In this document: positions 1 through 8,883 of the stretch, piece after piece
Position numbering within the stretch: the stretch's first letter is position 1
Layout of the letters: each line of letters starts with the position of its first letter
Assembly: GCA_964517125.1 (NCBI GenBank)
Contig: CAZFBD010000001.1
Coordinates: 236,338-300,337, forward strand
Source of the DNA: an uncultured Acidimicrobiales bacterium
GTDB taxonomy: Bacteria > Actinomycetota > Acidimicrobiia > Acidimicrobiales > SHLQ01
Reading direction: 5' to 3'
DNA length: 64,000 nt
Notes under the pieces: generated by a model
The model's database searches: none
Seen by the model: the letters and a program-made list of their open reading frames with translations, nothing else
Told to the model about the DNA's origin: nothing
Position numbers and translations under genes: made by a program

Positions 1-1
1 C

Positions 2-121
2 GGCAACCGCAGTGGCCAGACGGCGGCCATGATGAAAGAACTCGGTTTCACCGATGTGGCCGACGTCGACGGTGGTATCGGCGCATGGGCAGACGCTGGC
101 CTTCCCACGATCTCGGGATGA
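2..121 (+). CDS. rhodanese-domain protein, C-terminal fragment (5' end off-window)
   Basis: Frame 2 reads GNRSGQTAAMMKELGFTDVADVDGGIGAWADAGLPTISG, then TGA at 119-121. This matches the end of a rhodanese domain: the tail of the active-site loop (..G-N-R-S), then GG..AW. The catalytic Cys position lies just upstream of base 1 and cannot be seen. Confidence 0.6.
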   Translation, partial: GNRSGQTAAMMKELGFTDVADVDGGIGAWADAGLPTISG

Positions 122-133
122 CCCCGCAGCGAT

Positions 134-1309
134 TCAGCTGAGGGCTGTTTCCAGATCCTGAAGCAGGTCATCGATGTTCTCGATACCCGCGGAGTAGCGG
201 ATGAGTCCCTCGGGGATACCGAGCGCAGCGCGCTCCTCGGGGGAACACTCGACGTGACTGGTCGTAGCCGGCGGACCGATCGTGGTTTCGACTGCCCCAA
301 GGTTCGCAGCGCGATGCGCCAGACGAAGTTTGGGAATGACCGTCTTGACGGCATCGAGGCCGCCATGGAGCTCCATGCTGAGCATGCCGCCGAAGCCAGT
401 CATCTGCGCCGCTGCGATCTCGTGCTGGGGATGGCTGGCGAGGCCCGGGTAGTTGACTCCGCTGATGCGTTCGTGGCCCTCGAGGAACGAAGCGACAGCC
501 ATGGCATTGGCGGCCTGGCGTTCGACCCGAAGGTGAAGCGTCTTCATTCCCCGGAGCAAGAGGTATGCGGCCTCCGGGTGCAGAGTGGCGCCATTGATTT
601 CGCGGTACGAGTACACCTTCTGGACAAGCTCCCCGTCGCCAACCACCACACCGCCGAGCGCGTCCGCATGGCCGCCCAGGAACTTCGTGGCCGAGTGCAC
701 GACGAGGTCGGCTCCGTGCGTCAGCGGCAACTGGTTGACCGGTGTGGCGAAGGTGTTGTCGACGACGACCGTGGCGCCGTGGCTCTTGCCAGCGGCGATG
801 AGTCGGGGAAGGTCGAGCACCTTGAGCGTGGGGTTGGTGGGCGTCTCGAGGTAGAGCAGATCGCAGCCACGAGCGACGGCGGCCTCGATGGCCTCGACGT
901 CCGTCGTGTCGACGAGTTCCACATCGATGCCAATGGCCGGCAGATAGTCGAGGAACAGGAGACTGGTGCCGCCGTAGGTGTCTTTCACCGATACGACACG
1001 CTGCCCGGGCTTCAACAGGGCGTAGAGCATGTTTGATATGGCGGCCATGCCGGTGGACGCCGACGTCGCTGCCGCTCCCCCTTCGAGCGCCCGGACCTTC
1101 TCTTCGAAGACGGCGACGGTCGGGTTCGTGTTCCGCCCGTAGATGTGACCCGGTGCGTTCCCGGTCGCCACGTCGTACCACTCGTCGAAATTGTCGTATC
1201 CAAACCCGACGCTGTGAACCACAGGAACCTGCGTGGCACGATCGAGCAGGTACTGCTGCTCACCGGCCCAAACCGCTTGCGTTTCGAGCGTGAAGTCGTC
1301 GATGTCCAT
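134..1309 (-). CDS. Cys/Met-metabolism PLP-dependent enzyme (cystathionine gamma-synthase/beta-lyase/methionine gamma-lyase family)
   Basis: 391 aa ORF with an ATG start at 1309. Family motifs are present: YGRNTNPT, ETPTNPTL, the PLP-lysine motif HSATKFLGGH, and a C-terminal IRYSAGIE. Confidence 0.85.
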   Translation of the reverse strand: MDIDDFTLETQAVWAGEQQYLLDRATQVPVVHSVGFGYDNFDEWYDVATGNAPGHIYGRNTNPTVAVFEEKVRALEGGAAATSASTGMAAISNMLYALLKPGQRVVSVKDTYGGTSLLFLDYLPAIGIDVELVDTTDVEAIEAAVARGCDLLYLETPTNPTLKVLDLPRLIAAGKSHGATVVVDNTFATPVNQLPLTHGADLVVHSATKFLGGHADALGGVVVGDGELVQKVYSYREINGATLHPEAAYLLLRGMKTLHLRVERQAANAMAVASFLEGHERISGVNYPGLASHPQHEIAAAQMTGFGGMLSMELHGGLDAVKTVIPKLRLAHRAANLGAVETTIGPPATTSHVECSPEERAALGIPEGLIRYSAGIENIDDLLQDLETALS

Positions 1310-1356
1310 GCAGCGACACTAGGGCCTGCGCTGCCTCGGCAGCAGCGTCCGGGCCC

Positions 1357-2568
1357 CTACCCGGCGTCGACCGACTTCACGGCGTCGATGATGCGTTCGA
1401 GTCCTTCGACCAGCACGGCTCGTGGGAGGGCGACATTCACGCGAATGTGGTGATCGCCATCGGCGACGAACATTTCTGCCCCCTCCAGGAGGACCCCAGC
1501 GGATTCTGCGAAAAAGCGACTGATGTTGATGTCTTCGGGGAGCAACCCCTTGAGCCCGATCCACGCAAGATACGTGGCATCCGGGATGCGGAAGGACGCA
1601 CCTGGGAGCTGCTCGGCGATCATCCCCTCGACAACGGCAAAGTTCTGATCAAGGTATCCGGTCAGCTCCGCAAGCCACGGAGCTCCATTGCGAAAGACTC
1701 CGGTGGCGGCAGCGACGCTCACAGGGTTGACGACGGGCGAACCCCGGTCCTCCCAAATGGCGCGGTGTTCGTCGTTTGGAATCAGGACGTGGGCGAGACC
1801 GAGGCCAGCCAGGTTGAACGTCTTGCTCGCCGACATGCAGGTGATGATCTGGTCGCTGTCCGGATAGAGCTTGGCAAGTGGCGTGTGTGTCACCCCGGAG
1901 CGCAGCAAGTCGCAGTGGATCTCGTCGGAAACCACCACGACGTCGTTGGCGAAGCAGAGATCCGCCATCGTTCGAAGTTCCTGCTCGGCCCAGACTCGTC
2001 CGGTCGGATTGTGTGGGTGGCACAGGAAGAACATGCGGAGTTTCGGGTCGGACACGGCGCGTTCGAACTCGGCCATGTCCACGACGTAGGTCCCATTTGT
2101 GTCCTTCACCAGCGTACACGTGGCGAGTTCGCGGTCATGGTGAAGGACGGCGTGCTTGAAGAAGCCATATGCGGGTGTCAGGGTGAGGATCTTCTCCTCG
2201 GGCTCTGTGATGTACTCGACAAGGTCAAAGAGCGCTGGGACGATGCCGCCAGAGGCTACGAAGTGATCCCGATGCGGTGACCAGCCGTAGCGGGCGACGC
2301 ACCAGGCGTTGAAGGCGTCGAAGAGTTCGTCGTCGAACAGCGCCGAGTAGCCGAAGATCGGGTGTTCCAGACGGGCCGCCATCGCCTCAATCGCCGCTGG
2401 GGCTGATGCGAACGCCATGTCGGCGACCCACATGGAAATGGCGTCATCGTCTGCACACGGCAGAACGACCTCGGTTTCCTCGTCGCCAAACAGGTAGTCC
2501 CGGAAGCCCTGCTTCGCGACCGCGTTCGTGTTGGAGCGATCGATGATTTCGTCGAAGTTGACGGTCAC
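1357..2568 (-). CDS. PatB/MalY-type class I/II aminotransferase (cystathionine beta-lyase-like C-S lyase)
   Basis: Homology begins at VTVNFDEIIDRSNTNAVAK. Also present are LCHPHNPTGRVW and the PLP-Lys motif SASKTFNLAGL. I trimmed the 545 aa track ORF to the in-frame GTG at 2568 (403 aa) because its upstream 142 aa are Arg/Ser-rich and overlap the next gene. Confidence 0.8.
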   Translation of the reverse strand: MTVNFDEIIDRSNTNAVAKQGFRDYLFGDEETEVVLPCADDDAISMWVADMAFASAPAAIEAMAARLEHPIFGYSALFDDELFDAFNAWCVARYGWSPHRDHFVASGGIVPALFDLVEYITEPEEKILTLTPAYGFFKHAVLHHDRELATCTLVKDTNGTYVVDMAEFERAVSDPKLRMFFLCHPHNPTGRVWAEQELRTMADLCFANDVVVVSDEIHCDLLRSGVTHTPLAKLYPDSDQIITCMSASKTFNLAGLGLAHVLIPNDEHRAIWEDRGSPVVNPVSVAAATGVFRNGAPWLAELTGYLDQNFAVVEGMIAEQLPGASFRIPDATYLAWIGLKGLLPEDINISRFFAESAGVLLEGAEMFVADGDHHIRVNVALPRAVLVEGLERIIDAVKSVDAG

Positions 2569-2674
2569 GGCTGGTGGTCTCAATCCTGTGATGGCTTGAT
2601 GTGTTCGTCCTGTTGATTCTACTGCGCCGCCACGGAGCCCGATCCGATCGGAGTGGCCCCTTGGGGCATTGATC

Positions 2675-3439
2675 TCAGCGGGTTCGACGCAGGAGCGAGC
2701 CAAGCCCGCCGATCGGGTCGGTGACATCCGCCAGCTGGAGCAGGTGCCAGAACAGCGCCATGTTGCTCGACACGACGGGCTTCCCGATTTCGGCCTCGAG
2801 CGCCTCTGCGTTCGCGAGGAGCCGAAGACTGGTGCAGGAAACGAAGACGGCGTCGCACTCGGCCTGCGCTGCCACCGTGCGCACCGCGTCGGCCACCGAC
2901 GCTGGACTGATGCGGGCCACAACCATGTCACTGGGTTCGAGGAATGACCCCACTGCGGTGACGTCGAGTCCGGCGGACCGGAAATGGTCGACAATCGGCG
3001 CAGTCACGTCGGCCGTGTACGGCGTGACGACCCCGACGCGTGCAGCGCCGAGCGAAGCGAACGCAGCCACCGCCGCAGAGATGGGGTTGGTGCACGCCAT
3101 GTCCGGATGTGCCCGGCGGATTCCGTTGGTGATTCCGTCGGCGCCAATGAGCGTCGCCGCAGACGTGCATCCGTAGCCGATCGCATCAAATTCGAACTCG
3201 GTGGGGAGAAGAGCCGCCGCCGTGGGCAGGCGTTCTTCCATGTCGGTGAGGCTGGTCGGGGTGACTTCATCCTCCATGGGGATGCGAGCGTGGTAGAAGT
3301 CGACGCCCCGCAGGTCGAGCATGCGGGCCTCGGCCTCGATGGTCTGGTCGGTCTCGAGCACGATCAGCCCGATTCGGGCACGAGAGCCGAAGCCGTCGTC
3401 GGTGGTGAAGGGAAGCGGGATGAGATCGGAGGATGTCAT
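2675..3439 (-). CDS. Asp/Glu/hydantoin racemase superfamily protein (maleate isomerase / arylmalonate decarboxylase / EutA-like)
   Basis: 254 aa. It has IGLIVLETDQT near the N-terminus and two Cys-containing half-site motifs, GYGCTSA and FVSCTSLR. Its start overlaps the stop of the upstream PhyH gene by 4 nt. Confidence 0.7.
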   Translation of the reverse strand: MTSSDLIPLPFTTDDGFGSRARIGLIVLETDQTIEAEARMLDLRGVDFYHARIPMEDEVTPTSLTDMEERLPTAAALLPTEFEFDAIGYGCTSAATLIGADGITNGIRRAHPDMACTNPISAAVAAFASLGAARVGVVTPYTADVTAPIVDHFRSAGLDVTAVGSFLEPSDMVVARISPASVADAVRTVAAQAECDAVFVSCTSLRLLANAEALEAEIGKPVVSSNMALFWHLLQLADVTDPIGGLGSLLRRTR

Positions 3440-4320
3440 GGGTTCCTCCGGACGGGTTCCGCCTTGGCCTGTTGATCGAAGAAGGACGCCGTCGTTGGCA
3501 CTTCAGGGAACTCCATTTCGTAGGAGGAACAGCGCACCCGGTTGGTGCGCACACCTCGTACGACGTCACCGTCGTACTCGCTCGGGATGTGGTTCACCTG
3601 CAAGGGTTTGGCGTCTTCGGCCCGGTATTCGCTGATGAACAACGTGCGTGGCCGATCGGAGGCGTTGGGCGCCGACCCGTGAAGAAGGCGGGTGTGCATG
3701 AGGCAGGCCGATCCTGCGGGACCATGGATGGGCGTCGCCTGCGCAGCGAACTCGGCTTCGACGGCGTCGCTGACCGTACCGGTGAACACGCCATCATGCC
3801 AGTGATCGAACATGGGGCCACGATGGCTCCCGGGCACGACGGCGAGGGGCCCGTTCTCTGGCGTGACCTCGTCCAGGAAGAACAGCACGGCGATGAGGTC
3901 TTCATTGGAGTGGGGCTGGAAGAGGAAGTCCTGATGGAACCTCACCTCGGTTGCAGTACCCGGCTGCTTGGCGTTGACCTTCGAATTGTTGAACTCGATG
4001 TTCGGGCCAATGAGCTGTTCGACCGCATCGAGGGCCCGATTGTCTCGCATCACTGCCAGATACGAGTCCGACATCTCCACCGGAGACGCCACGCGCCGCA
4101 GTGCCGGCCGTTCGACCGTGTGGTCAGGTGCGAGGTCGAACCTGGCCCGGCCGTCGAGTGTCTGCCCATAGGGCTCGGAGTGCGCTCGGCTCTCCTCGAC
4201 CCATTTTGCGAAGTCCTCGCGCAGCATGGACAGTTGTCCGGAGCTGAGTGCGTCCGGGAGGAACAGATACCCGTTGACCCAGTAGCTGGCGCACTGCTCG
4301 TCGGTGAGGGGCGCAGTCAT
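3436..4320 (-). CDS. phytanoyl-CoA dioxygenase (PhyH) family Fe(II)/2-oxoglutarate oxygenase
   Basis: 294 aa. The N-terminus (GYLFLPDALS) is typical of PhyH. The HxD facial-triad motif is present as FHQDF, with a distal His in LLHGSAPN. It overlaps both neighbouring genes by 4 nt. Confidence 0.8.
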   Translation of the reverse strand: MTAPLTDEQCASYWVNGYLFLPDALSSGQLSMLREDFAKWVEESRAHSEPYGQTLDGRARFDLAPDHTVERPALRRVASPVEMSDSYLAVMRDNRALDAVEQLIGPNIEFNNSKVNAKQPGTATEVRFHQDFLFQPHSNEDLIAVLFFLDEVTPENGPLAVVPGSHRGPMFDHWHDGVFTGTVSDAVEAEFAAQATPIHGPAGSACLMHTRLLHGSAPNASDRPRTLFISEYRAEDAKPLQVNHIPSEYDGDVVRGVRTNRVRCSSYEMEFPEVPTTASFFDQQAKAEPVRRNP

Positions 4321-5477
4321 CGGCCGATGATGGGGATCTCGGGGGCGGCGCGACGGCTGAGCAACTCGGCGCCTGATGCCCGCACGACCAGGTTTTCCTC
4401 GTGGACCATGGCCTTGCCGGGCTCCCAGAGCAGCCCCGGCTCAAGCGTGAGCACCATGTTCTCCTCAAGGACGGTGTTGTCGTCAGCGGTGTGCGATGGC
4501 CATTCGGTGACCTGCATGCCGAGGCCGTGGCCCATACGGCCGACGTCGTTCCCCAACGACCCGTTGGCCTTCAGTACGGCATTCATCGCCTCGAAGACCT
4601 GCGTCGTGGTGGCGCCAGGTCGCACCGCTTCGAGACCGGCTTCGGTGGCCTCCCAGACGGCCTGGTAGGCATCCTTCGCCCCCTGATCGGCATGGGTGAA
4701 CGCGAAGTTCCGGTCGAAGTCACTGAAGTAGCCGTCGAAGGTTGATCCCGTGTCGAAGATGAGCAGATCTCCATCGGCGATGACCCGATCGGTCGGCTGA
4801 CGAATGATGTCGTCGATTCCACCCGGACCGGTCGCACCGACAAGGTACGGAACATCGTCGGCGCCTTGACGCAGAATTTCGACCCGGAAGGCGGCGAACG
4901 CCTGGCGCTCGGTCATTCCCGTCGAGAGAAGTTCCGGAAGCTGGTCGAAGGCGTTCGACACGACGCCGCAGATGTAAGCGTGCTTTTCGATCTCGGCCTC
5001 GGACTTCACCATGCGCAGCCCGCGAATGATGTCGGTGGCGTCGGCGAAGCTTCCGAACACCCCACGCAGCCGGTCAAGGTCCCGCAAGGGCATTCGCACG
5101 TGCGTCTCGGGCCCCATCGGTACACCAACCGTGCCGGTCTCCCCCACGACCTCCTGCAGGCAGTCGACAAGGAGCGACACGCCGTCGTCGTCAGGTTGGG
5201 GCGACGACCATGTACGCACATCGTCGATCCACGTCGCCGACATCGATGGACCACCGATACTCGGGATGACGGCGATGGGTTTACCCGCCGAAGGAACCAC
5301 CAGGAACCAGGGCCGAGTCGGACTCTGCCAGAACGGCGTGTGAAAGCCGGTGAAATAGCGAACCTCGGGCTCGGTACAGAGCAGCAACGCACCGATTCCG
5401 GCCGTGTTCATCAGCGCCTGGCATCGGCTCGTCCGTTGTTCGAACTCGATGTCAGGGAACCCTCGGGATGGCACCAC
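4317..5477 (-). CDS. M24 family metallopeptidase-fold hydrolase (Xaa-Pro dipeptidase / creatinase / ectoine-hydrolase-like)
   Basis: 386 aa. It shows pita-bread fold motifs: FDTGSTFDGYFSDFDR, HGLGMQVTEWP, and LTLEPG...HEEN. Confidence 0.8.
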   Translation of the reverse strand: MVPSRGFPDIEFEQRTSRCQALMNTAGIGALLLCTEPEVRYFTGFHTPFWQSPTRPWFLVVPSAGKPIAVIPSIGGPSMSATWIDDVRTWSSPQPDDDGVSLLVDCLQEVVGETGTVGVPMGPETHVRMPLRDLDRLRGVFGSFADATDIIRGLRMVKSEAEIEKHAYICGVVSNAFDQLPELLSTGMTERQAFAAFRVEILRQGADDVPYLVGATGPGGIDDIIRQPTDRVIADGDLLIFDTGSTFDGYFSDFDRNFAFTHADQGAKDAYQAVWEATEAGLEAVRPGATTTQVFEAMNAVLKANGSLGNDVGRMGHGLGMQVTEWPSHTADDNTVLEENMVLTLEPGLLWEPGKAMVHEENLVVRASGAELLSRRAAPEIPIIGR

Positions 5478-5726
5478 GCGCTTCTCGCTTCCGGTTGCCC
5501 AGCAAACGAAGTGGGCTCCTCCGATCGTAGAACCTCCCGCGGTGGGTAGACCAGCGGGAGCGCTCCATGCTCACTTCTCTCATTTCTCAACGGGCAGTCG
5601 ATGGGCGACTCGTTGCGAGGCCCTGGGCGTGACCCCGCAGCCACCAGGCGGCCACTCAACGACCGTTCGAAGATTTCGAGCGCCCTCCTCCTTTGCCCAG
5701 AGGGACGGTTCTGACAGGATTGACCT

Positions 5727-6953
5727 GTGCTCGAATCGCTCCGCTCCGTCGTCAGTCTGAAGCCCTTCGAACGTGACCGCACGACGCGCCGCCTGTCTTC
5801 GGCAGCGAACGTCGACGATCTCCGACGTATCGCGAAGCGCCGTCTGCCCGCCGGGGTCTTCGACTACATCGACGGCGCTGCCGAAGACGAGTCGGCCATG
5901 CACCGCAACGCGAGCCGGTTCGGTGACCGCACACTCGTGCCGCGGGTGCTGAACGACGTGTCGTCCATCGACGCCTCCACGAGCATCCTGGGGCAACGAG
6001 CGCCGATGCCGCTCATCATCGCCCCCACTGGTTTCCCGCGGATTGCGCATCCGGAGGGCGAGCTGGCAACCGCCCGAGCAGCAGCCACGGCACGCATCCC
6101 CTTTTCGCTCTCCACGATGGGAACTCGTTCCATCGAGGAAGTGGCGGCCGTCTCCGATGGGCGCAAATGGTTCCAGGTGTACGTGTGGCGGGACCGTGAG
6201 TTGACCAAGGACATGCTTGCACGGTGCAAGGAGCAGGGGTTCGAGGCGCTCTACATCACCGTCGACACGCCGGTTCTTGGTCGCCGTGAGCGCGACGTTC
6301 GCCGGGGTATGTCCCTCCCACCCAAGTTGGGTCTCGACACGTTCGTCGAAGGTGCCATGCGCCCAGAGTGGGTGCTCGACTTTCTGCGCAACGACCCCAT
6401 CGTCTTCTCCAACGTGGCCGTCAGCACACAACGTCTTTCCAACGGCACCGCCGACGGATCGTCAGCGGTGTCCCTCGCCGAGTACATCAACAGCCAGTTC
6501 GATCCGCGCTTGTCGTGGGACGACGTCGCATGGATCCGGTCCAATTGGGACGGCCCCGTGATCCTCAAGGGGATTCAGTCGGTGGCCGACGCGAAGATCG
6601 CTGCGGCCGAGGGACTCGACGCCATTGCGCTGTCCAACCACGGAGGGCGTCAGCTTGATTCGTCGCCGGCGATCATCGACCTCGTGGCTCCCGTCGCTGA
6701 TGCCGTGGGCGGACAGCTTGAGATCTACTGCGACGGTGGTGTCCGGCGAGGGAGCGACGTCGTGAAGGCCGTTGCTCTTGGAGCGAATGCCTGCATGATT
6801 GGCCGCCCCCACCTCTATGCGCTTGCCGCAGGTGGTGAAGCCGGCGTGACCCACATGCTCGACTTCTTCCAGGACGGTGTGGAGCAGACCATGGCGCTCG
6901 TTGGCATCTCGTCGCTGAGCGAAGCCAGCCCGTCACTGATCAGCGAGGACTGA
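5727..6953 (+). CDS. FMN-dependent alpha-hydroxy acid dehydrogenase/oxidase (LldD / lactate 2-monooxygenase family)
   Basis: 408 aa with a GTG start. Motifs present are FDYIDGAAEDE, LSNHGGRQLD and DGGVRRGSDVVKAVALGA. Confidence 0.85.
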   Translation: MLESLRSVVSLKPFERDRTTRRLSSAANVDDLRRIAKRRLPAGVFDYIDGAAEDESAMHRNASRFGDRTLVPRVLNDVSSIDASTSILGQRAPMPLIIAPTGFPRIAHPEGELATARAAATARIPFSLSTMGTRSIEEVAAVSDGRKWFQVYVWRDRELTKDMLARCKEQGFEALYITVDTPVLGRRERDVRRGMSLPPKLGLDTFVEGAMRPEWVLDFLRNDPIVFSNVAVSTQRLSNGTADGSSAVSLAEYINSQFDPRLSWDDVAWIRSNWDGPVILKGIQSVADAKIAAAEGLDAIALSNHGGRQLDSSPAIIDLVAPVADAVGGQLEIYCDGGVRRGSDVVKAVALGANACMIGRPHLYALAAGGEAGVTHMLDFFQDGVEQTMALVGISSLSEASPSLISED

Positions 6954-6958
6954 TTCCG

Positions 6959-7897
6959 TCACGCTCGCAGGTTCTGCAGCTGCTCGACATGCGCCGGGAG
7001 ATGCATGTCTGCCTGCGTCTCGACTGCGACCGCAAACCACGGGAGCTCGCGGTCGACCATCACGTCGCCGTTGTGCAGTAGCCGGCAATGCACGGCGGTC
7101 TGCAGTTGTTCTGGGGACAGACGGCGAAGCGCCGCGCCCACCAGGGCGGCGACGTGGCGCCCCCGTTCGATCAAGCCGGGGATGTCGGTCGAGGCCTCGA
7201 TCCATGCGCGCAACACCTGGGGATCGTGGCAGACCTCGTTCTCGAAACGGGTTGTGTTCTGGTGCACGATGGCCTGGCACACGGCGAGCATCGCGGCGTC
7301 GTTGAGCGCCACGTGCGCCAGCGTTTGCTCGGCCGACCATTCGCCTTCGGGTGGAGGGCCAAAGCCCCCTTCGGCCGCCTCGCTGTAGAACAGCGAGTAC
7401 GCGTTCTCGAGAGCTGCCGTGTCGACCGCATCCTCCCGCTCCTCGGCAACATCCGCGAAGTGATCGAGCACGTATCCCCATGCGTTCGGGCCCACATAAC
7501 CAAGCCGGCGAGACGCTGCGTCGTCGCCGAAGGCCTCCCAGCCGCGATGTTCGATCACGACGCGCGTTGACTCGCCGTGATCTTCGAAGGAGACGTCCAC
7601 CTGCGATGCTTCGGAGCGTTCGCGTCCGGGGTGCCAGGCGAGTGACACCATCGTTGGTTCGTTCCACTCCAGAACGTGCGCCCACACGGCCTCTCGCCCA
7701 TCGGTCGCTTGCTCGACGAGGAGCCCATCCCGAAAGGACACACTGGCCGATTCCGAACCGAAGAGACCATGCGTAGGCAGCGGCCACCAGGAGCCAATCT
7801 GTTGGGTGAAGGCAGCGAATGTCGCAGCTGGTGGACGGCGAACGTCTGCAGCGCGCACGACGGGCGGAAGTTGTTGCGGGAGGCTGTCTTTGGTCAT
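6959..7897 (-). CDS. SRPBCC (Aha1-like) domain fused to a DinB-like domain protein
   Basis: 312 aa. The N-terminal half resembles Aha1/SRPBCC proteins that commonly follow ArsR genes. The C-terminal half has a DinB-like four-helix pattern with conserved His residues. There is an ATGA overlap with the ArsR gene. Confidence 0.6.
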   Translation of the reverse strand: MTKDSLPQQLPPVVRAADVRRPPAATFAAFTQQIGSWWPLPTHGLFGSESASVSFRDGLLVEQATDGREAVWAHVLEWNEPTMVSLAWHPGRERSEASQVDVSFEDHGESTRVVIEHRGWEAFGDDAASRRLGYVGPNAWGYVLDHFADVAEEREDAVDTAALENAYSLFYSEAAEGGFGPPPEGEWSAEQTLAHVALNDAAMLAVCQAIVHQNTTRFENEVCHDPQVLRAWIEASTDIPGLIERGRHVAALVGAALRRLSPEQLQTAVHCRLLHNGDVMVDRELPWFAVAVETQADMHLPAHVEQLQNLRA

Positions 7898-8220
7898 GTC
7901 TGATCCATTTCCACGTGTTCAACAAATGCTGCGAGCGCGTCGTCCCAGAAGCCATCGACCCAGGAACGCACCGCAGCGAAGCCGTTCTGGTTGATCCGGT
8001 AGAGCCGGCGGGCACCGAGGGGACGGACGCTGACGAGCCCGGCTTCCCGCAGGACTCGGAGGTGTTGCGAGACAGCGGGCTGCGTGATGCGCATGTCGTC
8101 GGTGAGCTCCCGGACGCTCCGCTCTCCGTCGCGAAGCAGCTCGAGTACTTGGCGCCTGGTGGGTTCCGAGAGCGCGTCCCGTACTGGGTCATTGACGGCA
8201 CCTTCGACCTCGACTTTCAC
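7894..8220 (-). CDS. ArsR/SmtB family transcriptional regulator
   Basis: Core sequence LSEPTRRQVLELLRDGERSVRELTDDMRITQPAVSQHLRVLREAGLV. I chose the in-frame GTG at 8220, preceded by AGGTG, because no ATG exists closer to the conserved core. The first ~14 codons lie antisense to the WS/DGAT remnant. Confidence 0.8.
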   Translation of the reverse strand: MKVEVEGAVNDPVRDALSEPTRRQVLELLRDGERSVRELTDDMRITQPAVSQHLRVLREAGLVSVRPLGARRLYRINQNGFAAVRSWVDGFWDDALAAFVEHVEMDQT

Positions 8221-8883
8221 GTCCGACACCTGGGGCTGCCACCGCCCGGTGACTTCACACAGCTTCAAACTCAGGTGGCACGGCTGGCAGCCAGGCCGTT
8301 GGACCAGTCTCGCCCCTTGTGGGAGGCATATGTGATCGACGGTCTTCCCGATGACCGATTCGCGCTCTTCATGAAGGTGCACCACGCCACGGTCGACGGT
8401 GCAGCCGGAGCCGAGATGCTTGGCCGACTCACCGACACTGAGCCGGGGGCCGACCGGTCGGATCTTCAGGTGCCGCTCACACCAGCAGATCGCGTTCCGT
8501 CATCGATGGAACTCCTCACCCGCGGCTCGGTATCAATGTTGTTCGAACCAGCGCGCCTCGTTCGCTTTCAGGCCAAGATGATCAAGGACCTGGCCGACTC
8601 TTCGCGAAGCCACGGCTTGAAGAGCGTTGTCGATGCGGCCGCACGTGCCGTTCCGGGCCCAATTGGCCAGCTTGCAAGGAACTGGGCCGACGACACGGAG
8701 GACAGCCCCGTGTCCACACTCATCGAGGGTCAGGGCCTGAACATCACCGTCCAGAGCTACGTCGACAGCCTCGACTTGGGACTTGTCGCCTGCGCCGACC
8801 TCGTGCCGGACCTGGACCGACTGGCTGACCTGTTGGTCAACGAAATCGAGACCTTCGGCGCAGCGCTCGAAGCCGCATCGTGA
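8179..8883 (+). pseudogene. wax ester synthase/diacylglycerol acyltransferase (WS/DGAT) remnant, lacking its N-terminus and carrying an internal deletion
   Basis: The frame reads PYWVIDGTFDLDFHVRHLGLPPPGD...RPLDQSRPLWEAYVIDGLPDDRFALFMKVHHATVDGAAG, which contains the HHxxxDG active-site motif. Only about 75 aa later comes AVPGP (the NVPGP-motif equivalent), followed by LNITVQSYVDSLDLGLVACADLVPD, the C-terminal SY...G motif. About 70 N-terminal and about 150 central residues expected from mycobacterial Tgs-type enzymes are missing. Confidence 0.7.

Noticed and set aside
1-121. The possibility that the partial rhodanese gene is a fifth selenoprotein. Rhodanese-like Sec proteins exist.
   Set aside because: The active-site residue lies upstream of base 1, so it cannot be assessed from this window.
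6933-8201. A 422 aa minus-strand ORF rich in Arg and Ser across the SRPBCC/ArsR region.
   Set aside because: It is in an alternative frame of the same strand as two genes with clear motifs, and it shows extreme Arg bias typical of off-frame high-GC translation.
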